From Euryarchaeota archaeon UBA62 (lineage in GTDB: Archaea > Thermoplasmatota > Poseidoniia > Poseidoniales > Thalassarchaeaceae), in the NCBI GenBank assembly GCA_002502095.1, contig DAPJ01000028.1, forward strand, positions 37,387-101,386: DNA of 64,000 nucleotides, given 5' to 3'. The stretch's first letter is position 1; every line of letters starts with the position of its first letter. The notes below the pieces were generated by a model. That model did no database searches. It was not told the origin of the DNA and worked only from the letters and a program-made list of their open reading frames with translations. Below are positions 55,359 through 63,867 of this stretch, one piece after another. The translations under genes and the position numbers were made by a program.

Positions 55359-56692
55359 TAATTCCCACCTCCTCCAATGATGGCTGGTTGTGGGTCTCCT
55401 GAAAGGTGGTCAGCAACTATATCAGCAAATCTATCGAACAGTGGGGAAGCGTCATGTGGCCCAGGACAGGCCTCGGGATGGAACTGGATGGTGAATGCTG
55501 GCTTCCCAACTAAATCTAGGCCCTCGACAGTCCTGTCATTGGCATTTACATGTCTGACTGTAAATTCGGCCTCTAAGATATTACTTCCGGCAACGGAGCA
55601 TGTTCCTGAGGGATGGGGGGCGAGCATTCCTTTACTGGGGTCTTCTACTGCAAACCCATGATTCTGACTTGTAATGTCAACCTTGCCGGTGACCAGATCA
55701 AGAACGGGCTGATTTGATCCCCTATGGCCGTACCTGAGCTTGTATGTCCTGAGTCCCGCTGCTAGGCCCATGAGTTGGTGCCCCAGGCAAATCCCCATCA
55801 CCGGCATATCTGATCTGACGGCAGCGGCGAGAGTGTCACGGGCCGTTGTAGCTGTCCCGGGGTGAGCTGGATCTCCGGGACCATTAGATGCGAAAAGAGC
55901 GTCCGGCTTCCAATCCTCCATTATTTCTTGGAATGGCATTGAAGCAGGGCACCAGACTACCTCAAATCTACTACAAAGCTCTCTGATGATATTATACTTT
56001 ATTCCACAGTCTAATACTGCCAATCTGGGAAGCTTCTGGCCATTTTCACCTATAGCTCCCGGATTAGCAATAACAGGCTTGTCAACAGTCACTGATTTTA
56101 CCAGATCTTCGTGATCTGGAGGAGTCATTTTTGACAATATTCTTTCCATTTCTCTCGCCTTGTCGACAGGTCCGAAAACACACAAGAGAGTCCCATATTC
56201 CCTTACTCTTCTGGTTAGGTCCCTTGTATCAACTCCTTGGATTCCTGGAACGCCGTGCAATAAAAGTAAATCATGAACGCTACCGACGGAATCCCTGTGG
56301 TCAGGAATAGGCATCATTTGTTTACATACTACTCCCCTAGGGTGGACCCTTGAGGACTCTGATATTTGAGGAATTATGCCATAATTTCCCAACAGAGGCC
56401 AGGTGAATGTCAGTACTTGGCCAGCGAACGAAGGGTCTGTCAGGCTCTCTTGATATCCAGCCATCCCGGTTGTGAAAACTAGTTCTCCTTGAGCAATAGT
56501 TTCAGCTCCAAATAGAACTCCATTGTATCTGGTACCGTCTGCCAGAATCAACAATCCAGGCGCCTCACCAGGTGGATTTCTACTCTGTGAACCAACAAGT
56601 CCATCTGCGGCATCTGGGAAAGTTGGTGCGTCTGAAACTCCGGGAATATCTGCGCCGGGAATGAATCCGCGTTGCAGTCCCGACCCCGACAT
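55358..56692 (-). CDS. carA: Carbamoyl-phosphate synthase small (glutaminase) subunit
   Basis: Contains LILADGTRYNGVLFGA, the catalytic GICLGHQL and the HPE triad. The listed ATG gives a ~45-aa Gly/Pro-rich N-terminal extension. An alternative TTG at 56554 is preceded by GGTGAGG. Confidence 0.92.
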   Translation of the reverse strand: MSGSGLQRGFIPGADIPGVSDAPTFPDAADGLVGSQSRNPPGEAPGLLILADGTRYNGVLFGAETIAQGELVFTTGMAGYQESLTDPSFAGQVLTFTWPLLGNYGIIPQISESSRVHPRGVVCKQMMPIPDHRDSVGSVHDLLLLHGVPGIQGVDTRDLTRRVREYGTLLCVFGPVDKAREMERILSKMTPPDHEDLVKSVTVDKPVIANPGAIGENGQKLPRLAVLDCGIKYNIIRELCSRFEVVWCPASMPFQEIMEDWKPDALFASNGPGDPAHPGTATTARDTLAAAVRSDMPVMGICLGHQLMGLAAGLRTYKLRYGHRGSNQPVLDLVTGKVDITSQNHGFAVEDPSKGMLAPHPSGTCSVAGSNILEAEFTVRHVNANDRTVEGLDLVGKPAFTIQFHPEACPGPHDASPLFDRFADIVADHLSGDPQPAIIGGGGN

Positions 56693-56749
56693 CAGCGAAG
56701 CTGCACAAATACGTCACTTAATCATTGATGAAGAATTATGCCTTTTCAC

Positions 56750-57304
56750 TCACTGGTCCTCGTTAGTAACAAGTATCTTTCCATCATCACTGGGGACTAC
56801 AGAAACTGATCCTCCTGGAAAGTCACCAGGTTCCCGTGGCCCTAGGTATGAATTTAGGAATACAGCAAGTGCGGCCACCTCTGAATGAGGTTGGTTCCCT
56901 ACTGCGACATTGTAGTTGGCTAACCCGAATAGTTCCCCTGGGACCTTTGTCCCCCCTACAACGACTGCTACCTCCCCTTCTAATGGGATTTTATCTGTAA
57001 TTTCATTCCAAGACTTCCCGTACATTGTGAGATGGACTATAGTCCCTCCTGATTTTGAAAATGACCTGAGCCATTTCATTGGCTTCCCCTCGTATCTGCA
57101 ACTTAACTGACCACCGAATCTGGACGTAACAGATTTCCAAGTCTCAATAGGAGTAGGGTCGTCATCTCCTGAAAGTATTACCTCGTCAGCACCGAATGCT
57201 CTGGCAGTTAGTCCAAGGTGAGAGGTCATTCTCTTATCTCGGTCTACTCTATGCCCTAGCCTCAAAACCGAGACTTTCAGAGTAGAGTCATCCGTCATAG
57301 TCAT
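56750..57304 (-). CDS. tRNA (cytidine56-2'-O)-methyltransferase aTrm56 (SPOUT)
   Basis: VLRLGHRVDRDKRMTSHLGLTARAFGADEVILSGD matches the aTrm56 N-terminal signature. The ATG overlaps the upstream gene stop (ATGA). Confidence 0.85.
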   Translation of the reverse strand: MTMTDDSTLKVSVLRLGHRVDRDKRMTSHLGLTARAFGADEVILSGDDDPTPIETWKSVTSRFGGQLSCRYEGKPMKWLRSFSKSGGTIVHLTMYGKSWNEITDKIPLEGEVAVVVGGTKVPGELFGLANYNVAVGNQPHSEVAALAVFLNSYLGPREPGDFPGGSVSVVPSDDGKILVTNEDQ

Positions 57305-57972
57305 CCCAGAGGAGGAGTTCCTTCTTCATTTACAATTGGGTTATCTTGCATAGTAGTCTGAGGAAATAAATCCACTCCCATGTTCATCATCGTACTTCTG
57401 ACCCATTGAAGAAGTATGGCATCCCAAAAGAACGTGGTTGCCATGCCGACCATTATCGCCATCGCAACAAGTCGACCTGAGGCGAATATTGCCACTTGCA
57501 TCTCTATTTCTGGACCTATTATTGCATTGCCCAAAGGCTCTAGGATGTAGAACATAATTATCACAATTAGGATACCTCCAATATTATTCAGAATAGCGTT
57601 TCCAGTCTCCCTTCCTACTGACATTATGAAAGTAGCCATTAGAGCTAAAACAGGGATAATGATACTTATTTCTCTGAAGGTAAATTCCCCGATTAGAGAT
57701 ATTGGTATATCGGCATCTCCAAGTGAAGAGCCTCCTTTATCCACAGATATCCACCAGAAAACCGCAGTCATCGAGGCAAGAGCTCCGGATACTAACCCCC
57801 TGAAGCTTATCATTTCCCTGATATCATGACGATCGGAGGGCTGGAGTCTCTGGATTATGGACTCCATTAATTCAAGAGATTCGCTAGTTGGACCGTCGGG
57901 TCCGCTAGATTGATTCATATTGCCCATATGGGCGTTTAGAGGCTCTTCAGAACCCTGGTCTCCCATCACCAT
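57301..57972 (-). CDS. Hypothetical polytopic membrane protein
   Basis: Has a soluble N-terminus and about 4 predicted TM helices (ALASMTAVFWWISV, ISIIIPVLALMATFIM, GGILIVIIMFYIL, LVAMAIMVGMATTFFW). It is translationally coupled to aTrm56. Confidence 0.6.
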   Translation of the reverse strand: MVMGDQGSEEPLNAHMGNMNQSSGPDGPTSESLELMESIIQRLQPSDRHDIREMISFRGLVSGALASMTAVFWWISVDKGGSSLGDADIPISLIGEFTFREISIIIPVLALMATFIMSVGRETGNAILNNIGGILIVIIMFYILEPLGNAIIGPEIEMQVAIFASGRLVAMAIMVGMATTFFWDAILLQWVRSTMMNMGVDLFPQTTMQDNPIVNEEGTPPLG

Positions 57973-58027
57973 CGCTATAATGCGACTCGGTCACATCATA
58001 AAGCATGCGTCGAATGGCGTGCCGAAC

Positions 58028-58861
58028 ATGCCCGACTGGCGACCTAAACTCAGAAGCCGCGCCGATGGAAATCCGAGGATAATGGGTATTCTCAATATTA
58101 CTCCAGATTCATTTCACGGTCAATCCAGATACGAAACAGTAGAGTCTGCAACTAAGGAGGCAATTGCTATGGCCGAGAATGGTGCAGATTGGATAGATGT
58201 AGGCGGGGAGTCGACAAGGCCGGGTTCGCGGGCTGTACCTCCTCGGGAGGAAGAGTCCAGAGTAGTACCTGTGATTCAATCCATTAGAGACGAGTTGCCG
58301 GACATAGGGATCTCAATAGATACCAGGAGGTCCGCTGTGGCATCGGCATCATTACAGGCTGGTGCGGATATGATTAACGATGTTTCATCTCTCGGGGATT
58401 CCGGTATGGCGGGCGTCATAGTTGAATATGGATGTCCTGTTTGTCTCATGCACATGAAAGGAACTCCCGAAAATATGCAAAAAAATCCACAATACTCTGA
58501 TGTAGTATCTGAAGTCAGGAAGAGTTTGGCAGATTCTACTTCTAAGTTAAATCTCCTAGGAGTGGATAATTCCAGGATTATTGTCGATCCAGGGATTGGT
58601 TTCGGGAAGCTCCTACAGCATAATCTGTCCTTGTTGTCATCAGGTAGAGATGTTTTACCCGAGGAAGACATGGGCTTGATGTGGGGAGTAAGCAGAAAAA
58701 GTATGTTTGCTGATCTTCTCGGTAGAAATTCTACTGAGGACAGGCTAGCAGGAAGTCTGGGAGTTGCTTCAAAAGCTCGTAGCTATGGTGTTGATATTAT
58801 CAGGGTCCATGATGTCGCAGAGCACGAGGACCTGTTTTCCACAATCAACTCCCTGAGGTGA
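58028..58861 (+). CDS. folP: Dihydropteroate synthase
   Basis: Contains MGILNITPDSF, DVGGESTRPG and DPGIGFGK. The start at ATG 58028 was chosen so that it does not overlap the divergent gene. The ORF track TTG at 57920 is unlikely. Confidence 0.85.
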   Translation: MPDWRPKLRSRADGNPRIMGILNITPDSFHGQSRYETVESATKEAIAMAENGADWIDVGGESTRPGSRAVPPREEESRVVPVIQSIRDELPDIGISIDTRRSAVASASLQAGADMINDVSSLGDSGMAGVIVEYGCPVCLMHMKGTPENMQKNPQYSDVVSEVRKSLADSTSKLNLLGVDNSRIIVDPGIGFGKLLQHNLSLLSSGRDVLPEEDMGLMWGVSRKSMFADLLGRNSTEDRLAGSLGVASKARSYGVDIIRVHDVAEHEDLFSTINSLR

Positions 58862-58864
58862 ATA

Positions 58865-60034
58865 TTGACTATGGATACAGATAACATTGTTGACTTCTCT
58901 CCTAGTCTTAGACTGGTAGGGACTGCACATGTCAGTAGTAAATCTGTAGAGATGGTCAGAAAGGAGATTTCTGAATATGAACCAGATATCGTCGCAGTTG
59001 AACTATGCAAATCTAGGCTTTCATCTCTTAAAGAGCCTGAATCTCTGGACTCTGAAGATCTATTGAAGATAATCAAAGAAGGAAAATCTCCAATGATTCT
59101 TCTACAATCTGCCTTGGCCGCTCAACAGAGAAAAATGGGACTGACTACTGGGGAGAAGCCCGGAGCTGAGCTTCTAGAAGCGGTACAAAGTGCAGAGGAG
59201 TCTAATATCCCTGTTGAAATGATAGACAGAGATGTAGTGGTTACCCTTAGAAGAGCTTGGCGCGGGATGGGAATTATTGAGAAGTGGAGAGTTCTCAGCA
59301 CCCTCCTCCTAGATGAGGAGGAGGAGGAGGAGCTTTCCATAGATGAGATATTGGGGGACTCCGATATGTTGAGTAAGATGATGGAGGATGCTAGAGATGT
59401 TGCACCAGGTGCGGGAGAAGTCCTTATCGATGAGAGAGATGCTTTCCTGGCTGGAAGAATCCAACAAATAAGTGGCAATGGAAAGGTACTGGCAGTGGTT
59501 GGTGCTGGACATCTGGAAGGGATTGTAGACAATCTCAATAATCCACCGATGGATATTAATTCTAGACTAGCTGAACTCAGTACAGAACCATCGAAGAAGA
59601 TATGGCCCAAGGTAATAATGGCGGCAGTACCACTTTTCCTGTTTGGATCGGTAGGCTATATGGCATACAATGGAGATATGGAAGAAATATGGCAGACTGC
59701 GGAGACATGGTTGGTACTCAATGCGGTACTTGCGGGACTAGGGGTATTGATAGTTAGAGGCCATCCTTTGTCCATTTTAGCAGGGGCTTTGGCTTCGCCG
59801 ATTACCTCTCTCAACCCAGCTCTCGCTGCAGGATGGTTCGCTGGATATGCCCAGATTAAGGTAGACGGACCAACGGGGGGCGATGCTCAAGAATTTCTCG
59901 TTCTGGATGATTTCTCACTATTATGGAGAAATCGAGTTGGGAAGGTTCTGATGGTCACCATGATGGGGAACATGGGCTCATCTATAGGAGCGTGGTTGGC
60001 TGGCGGAGCTATTTTTATGCAACTATTCGGCTAA
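58865..60034 (+). CDS. TraB/PrgY/GumN-family protein with C-terminal membrane domain
   Basis: Contains the LVGTAHVSSKSVEMV (GTAH motif) and VVGAGHLEG blocks, a poly-Glu linker, and a C-terminal 4-TM region. Confidence 0.8.
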   Translation: MTMDTDNIVDFSPSLRLVGTAHVSSKSVEMVRKEISEYEPDIVAVELCKSRLSSLKEPESLDSEDLLKIIKEGKSPMILLQSALAAQQRKMGLTTGEKPGAELLEAVQSAEESNIPVEMIDRDVVVTLRRAWRGMGIIEKWRVLSTLLLDEEEEEELSIDEILGDSDMLSKMMEDARDVAPGAGEVLIDERDAFLAGRIQQISGNGKVLAVVGAGHLEGIVDNLNNPPMDINSRLAELSTEPSKKIWPKVIMAAVPLFLFGSVGYMAYNGDMEEIWQTAETWLVLNAVLAGLGVLIVRGHPLSILAGALASPITSLNPALAAGWFAGYAQIKVDGPTGGDAQEFLVLDDFSLLWRNRVGKVLMVTMMGNMGSSIGAWLAGGAIFMQLFG

Positions 60035-60237
60035 TCCTCTTGACCCCATTCAAGGGAGCTCCATCCTCTTTCATGCACATAGTAAAGTATCAACTTGGTC
60101 ACTACCTCTAACCCTGCAATTGACGCTGCAATTACTTCATCAGAGGTGAATAACCAAGCTAGAATGAAGGTGTCGGTAGTGGCTATAACTCTCCATGTAA
60201 TGGTCTTGGCCAAACTACGCTTTTTACTAGCGGCCAT
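60031..60237 (-). CDS. DUF2061 small membrane protein
   Basis: KTITWRVIATTDTFILAW...KLILYYVHERGW matches the DUF2061 pattern. Confidence 0.65.
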   Translation of the reverse strand: MAASKKRSLAKTITWRVIATTDTFILAWLFTSDEVIAASIAGLEVVTKLILYYVHERGWSSLEWGQED

Positions 60238-60264
60238 TATTCACCTCTATCATCTGTAAATAAT

Positions 60265-61500
60265 TCAGATTGCCTCAATAACAACAGCAATACCTTGGCC
60301 TCCACCTATGCATGCAGTTGCTACACCGTACCTACCGCCCCTCCTCCTGAGCTCTAATGAGAGAGTCAATAGCAGCCTAGTTCCAGTGGCTGCAAGAGGA
60401 TGTCCGAGTCCTACTGCTCCTCCGTTAACATTTACTTTCGATGGGTCGATACCTAGGTCCTTGATACAGGCTACACACTGTCCGGCAAAGGCCTCATTGA
60501 TCTCCCAAAGATCGATATCTTCGACTTTCAGACCGGCTTTCTGGAGAGCCAGATTACTACTGGGAACAGGTCCATGGGCCATTATTTTAGGGTCCAACCC
60601 TACAATTCCCCAAGATACTATTCGTGAAAGTGGCGAATCCCCGTCTGATTTAGCTCTCGCACCCGACTTAACAACGATTGCCGCCGCACCATCGACTACA
60701 CCAGATGCATTTCCAGCTGTCACAAGAGAGTCAGGGCCAAAGTGCGTCCTAAGTCCTGAGAGTGACTCCATGGTAGTCCCTAAAACAACGTGATCATCAT
60801 GGGACGAGTCCAAGACTCCTTCGGGGGTAATAACCTCCACAATTTCATCTTCCCAAATGCCATTTCTGATGCTATTCTCAGTCCTCTGATGGCTCAATGC
60901 AGCGAAACTATCTGCGTCTTCTCTAGAAACATCAAGCATCTTACATAGCTCGTCACTGGTCTGAGCCATGAAATATCCACACACATCATCCCTCAGATTT
61001 GTGAAGAAGTAATCCTCCATATCACGGGGAATCTCCTCACCTTTTCTTGGAGATCTACCGAGCTTGTATGTAGTTCTCTCATCTCTGAGGACATGAGGAG
61101 ATTGGCTTAGGTTCTCCATTCCTCCAGCCACCACTGTCTCCGCCTCTCCAAGCATTATCATCTGTGCCGCTGAAACCACTGATTGGGCACCGCTTCCACA
61201 GAGTCTGTTTATGGTCAACATGGGAACCTGATGAGGAATTCCAGACAATATTCCAGCTCTTCTGGCTCCGAAAATTGCCTGTGATGAGGTTTGAAGGGCG
61301 TGCCCCATAATCACATGATCTACTTCGGAAGGTTCAGTACCGGTCTTCTCGAGAGCTCCTTTAATTGCTATTGATCCCAATTCCTCAGCACTTATCGAAG
61401 CCAGTCTTCCCCCTTGTCCTCCGTCTCCTCTTTTTCCACCTAGCCACTCACAGAAAGGCGTCCTAGCCCCTCCTACAATGACTATATCGTTATCCTCCAT
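60265..61500 (-). CDS. Acetyl-CoA C-acetyltransferase (thiolase II type)
   Basis: Contains the active-site Cys block NRLCGSGAQS, NEAFAGQ, and the C-terminal CIGGGQGIAVVIE. Confidence 0.92.
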   Translation of the reverse strand: MEDNDIVIVGGARTPFCEWLGGKRGDGGQGGRLASISAEELGSIAIKGALEKTGTEPSEVDHVIMGHALQTSSQAIFGARRAGILSGIPHQVPMLTINRLCGSGAQSVVSAAQMIMLGEAETVVAGGMENLSQSPHVLRDERTTYKLGRSPRKGEEIPRDMEDYFFTNLRDDVCGYFMAQTSDELCKMLDVSREDADSFAALSHQRTENSIRNGIWEDEIVEVITPEGVLDSSHDDHVVLGTTMESLSGLRTHFGPDSLVTAGNASGVVDGAAAIVVKSGARAKSDGDSPLSRIVSWGIVGLDPKIMAHGPVPSSNLALQKAGLKVEDIDLWEINEAFAGQCVACIKDLGIDPSKVNVNGGAVGLGHPLAATGTRLLLTLSLELRRRGGRYGVATACIGGGQGIAVVIEAI

Positions 61501-61546
61501 GCATAACGCATGGGGATACTGCTCAAGAGCCTGACGATTGGCAGGT

Positions 61547-62992
61547 CTATGACTGATCGTCCTCAGTCATGGAGCCAAGATAGTCTGGCAACTCCACTCC
61601 TGACATCTTTGCAACGTCGTGTATTGGAGGTAGGCTCTGTACTAGGCTACTCACAAAGTTACTGGTAGCTGACGATCCTTCTGAGTTATTGCCACTGTCC
61701 CAAACAGTAATCTTGTCAATCTTCAAGTTCCTGATAGCCTCGGTTTGAGCGGCTACCATGTTCTCGATTTTCTCGACCATCAGTAGTGTGGCAGCCGCCT
61801 TTGGATCTCCTGAAGCGCTGGACACCAGATTGCTGTAACCTTGTGCCTTCGCATCGAGAACCTTCTGTATTCCTTCAGCTTCTGCTTCGTACTTCGCCAG
61901 TATTGCATCCGCCTCTCCCTTGGCGACTCTCCTCTGCCTCTCGGCTTCTGCATCTGCCTGTATCTCTATTTGCTGTTTCTGGATAGTGACCTGTACGATC
62001 TCACTTGCCTTCAATCTCTCCTCTTCCTCGGAGTAGAAAGCCTTCTGAATCTCTGCTTCAGCTTTAGCCTTGGCTACATCGGCCCTTTGCTTGGCGGACG
62101 CTTCTGCTTCCGCCAAATCTGCGTTTGCCCTGGCTATTTCGGCTTGGGCTGAGTTCTCTCCAGAAATTGCCATAGCCTCCTGCTGTTCTACGAATACACG
62201 CTGATCGGCCTCTGCGGCTTTTCTTCCCTTCTCTGCTGCGGCCATATTCTCAGCTACGGTGATTTCCCTCTCCTTGCTTGCGATAGCGGCGCCTATAGCT
62301 CCGTCCCTCTCTGCGTTGGCCACGTCCACTCTAGCATTCTCAACAGCAGTTGCCGCCGCCTTCTTACCAATACTCTCGATATAGTCAGACTCGTCTGTAA
62401 TGTCGACAATGTTGACGTTTAGCTGGGTTAATCCGAACTTCCTAAGCTCCTGATCGACGTTCTGAGTGATTAGGGATAGGAAAGCATCTCGATCTTGATT
62501 AATCTGCTCAATTGTTAGGGAGGCTACAGTAAGACGCAACTGACCCAGAATTATCTCCTCGGCTAGTTTCTCTATCTCTGGAATTTTGAATCCTAGAAGT
62601 CTCTCAGCTGCATTGGCCATGATGGAGGGTTCCTTGCTAACACCAACTGTAAATGTACTTGGAACGTTTATTCTGATATTCTGAAGGGATAGGGCACCTT
62701 TCAAATCGATATTAATTGGCATTGGCTTTAGAGATATATACGCATAATCCTGAATTAATGGCCAAACTAGTGCCGCTCCTCCGTGGACTACACGAGAAGG
62801 TTTAGCCTTTCCATCCGCTGCCTTAGCGGTTCTTCCATAGATTACCATCACCTGATCTGGCGGACATCTCTTGTATCTCTGAGCAAAGAATATTACGGCA
62901 GCCACCAAAACCAATATGATTGCGAAAATCATTATTGTTCCTATAGTTCCACCATCTGCTCCGTCTGCTTGCCTGAGCGTTGTCATTAACAT
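61547..62992 (-). CDS. Flotillin-like SPFH/band-7 protein
   Basis: Has the N-terminal TM IMIFAIILVLVAAVIFF, an SPFH domain, and a long Ala/Glu-rich coiled coil (AEADQRVFVEQQEAMA...AKAKAEAEIQKA). The ATG at 62992 has AGGAGTG 6 nt upstream. The ORF track start at 63031 is less likely. Confidence 0.88.
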   Translation of the reverse strand: MLMTTLRQADGADGGTIGTIMIFAIILVLVAAVIFFAQRYKRCPPDQVMVIYGRTAKAADGKAKPSRVVHGGAALVWPLIQDYAYISLKPMPINIDLKGALSLQNIRINVPSTFTVGVSKEPSIMANAAERLLGFKIPEIEKLAEEIILGQLRLTVASLTIEQINQDRDAFLSLITQNVDQELRKFGLTQLNVNIVDITDESDYIESIGKKAAATAVENARVDVANAERDGAIGAAIASKEREITVAENMAAAEKGRKAAEADQRVFVEQQEAMAISGENSAQAEIARANADLAEAEASAKQRADVAKAKAEAEIQKAFYSEEEERLKASEIVQVTIQKQQIEIQADAEAERQRRVAKGEADAILAKYEAEAEGIQKVLDAKAQGYSNLVSSASGDPKAAATLLMVEKIENMVAAQTEAIRNLKIDKITVWDSGNNSEGSSATSNFVSSLVQSLPPIHDVAKMSGVELPDYLGSMTEDDQS

Positions 62993-63076
62993 CCTGTTCA
63001 CTCCTGACTCTATGAGGCAGGCACAGGTCATGAACTCTTTCCCGAAAATTGAGAAAAATTAGGCTGGGGTGCGAAA

Positions 63077-63676
63077 TCATATTCTCTTTACTAGGAGAAC
63101 TTCGCCCATTGTACCGACCACTTCAATTAGCCTTCCTGTTCCAATTTCTTGCTTGTCTTCGGACCTTGCATTGTAGGTACTGAGAGAACCATTGGTCTCG
63201 ATCTGAACTTGACCAACACCCTCATGAGGTATCACCAGGTATACCTGACCTTTACAACCGATGGTATCTACAATATCCACATTTCCGGAAGATTGCATTG
63301 CCATAAAAACCTCGAATAGTTTTGCAGTTCCATACATTGATGCAGTTCCAGCTATTCCTCCCGCTGCCACAGCGACTGGATCTGTCCCGTCTGATTTCAA
63401 TACCCAGAGTCCGGCCAGGCCGAAGAACATGAGGAAAGCCATCACCCCTTGGAAAGTCAGAGCCTTGAATGATGCATCTGAGCTCATAACATCTATTTCC
63501 ATTCCGAATAGACCCTCGAAAACTCCCTCAGCGACACCACCTACAAGCATAAGTACGAACCATAGAAGAAATAGAATTCCCCCTAGAAGGGCAGAAATCC
63601 CAAAAATCCACTCTAATCCAGTTGCATCTCCTAGCCCTACGAGGTCAAAGAGGTTGAAATCATTGATATCCACCAT
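63077..63676 (-). CDS. NfeD-like membrane protein (partner of flotillin)
   Basis: Has three N-terminal TM helices and a C-terminal OB-fold-like block GCKGQVYLVIPHEGVGQVQIETNGS...GRLIEVVGTMGEVLLVKRI. The start is set at ATG 63676 (MVDIND), with GGAGG at 63681-63685. The Arg-rich extension to 63778 looks non-coding. Confidence 0.8.
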   Translation of the reverse strand: MVDINDFNLFDLVGLGDATGLEWIFGISALLGGILFLLWFVLMLVGGVAEGVFEGLFGMEIDVMSSDASFKALTFQGVMAFLMFFGLAGLWVLKSDGTDPVAVAAGGIAGTASMYGTAKLFEVFMAMQSSGNVDIVDTIGCKGQVYLVIPHEGVGQVQIETNGSLSTYNARSEDKQEIGTGRLIEVVGTMGEVLLVKRI

Positions 63677-63729
63677 AACCCCTCCTAGGGGATAGGGCAT
63701 TTGACACATTCGGCGTTTTTGGTTCCGAA

Positions 63730-63867
63730 CTAGTAGTTGGGAACTCCTTCGCAGCACGCCTCGACCACTCTGTAGCATCTAGGGCATTCCATGTGTTGCC
63801 TCCTAGGAACTGCATCTCCCCTGAAACCACAGATGCAACTCATGGATTTACAGTGGTCGGAGTCCAT
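63730..63867 (-). CDS. Possible unlisted 45-aa Cys-rich micro-protein upstream of nfeD-flotillin
   Basis: Hand translation gives MDSDHCKSMSCICGFRGDAVPRRQHMECPRCYRVVEACCEGVPNY (8 Cys). An AATAAAT box lies 24-30 nt upstream of the ATG, which would fit a leaderless transcript. There is no other support. Confidence 0.22.
   Translation of the reverse strand: MDSDHCKSMSCICGFRGDAVPRRQHMECPRCYRVVEACCEGVPNY

Noticed and set aside
59315-59332. (GAG)6 trinucleotide repeat
   Set aside because: It lies in frame inside the TraB-family gene and simply encodes the poly-Glu linker (DEEEEEEL). It is too short to be a meaningful microsatellite locus.
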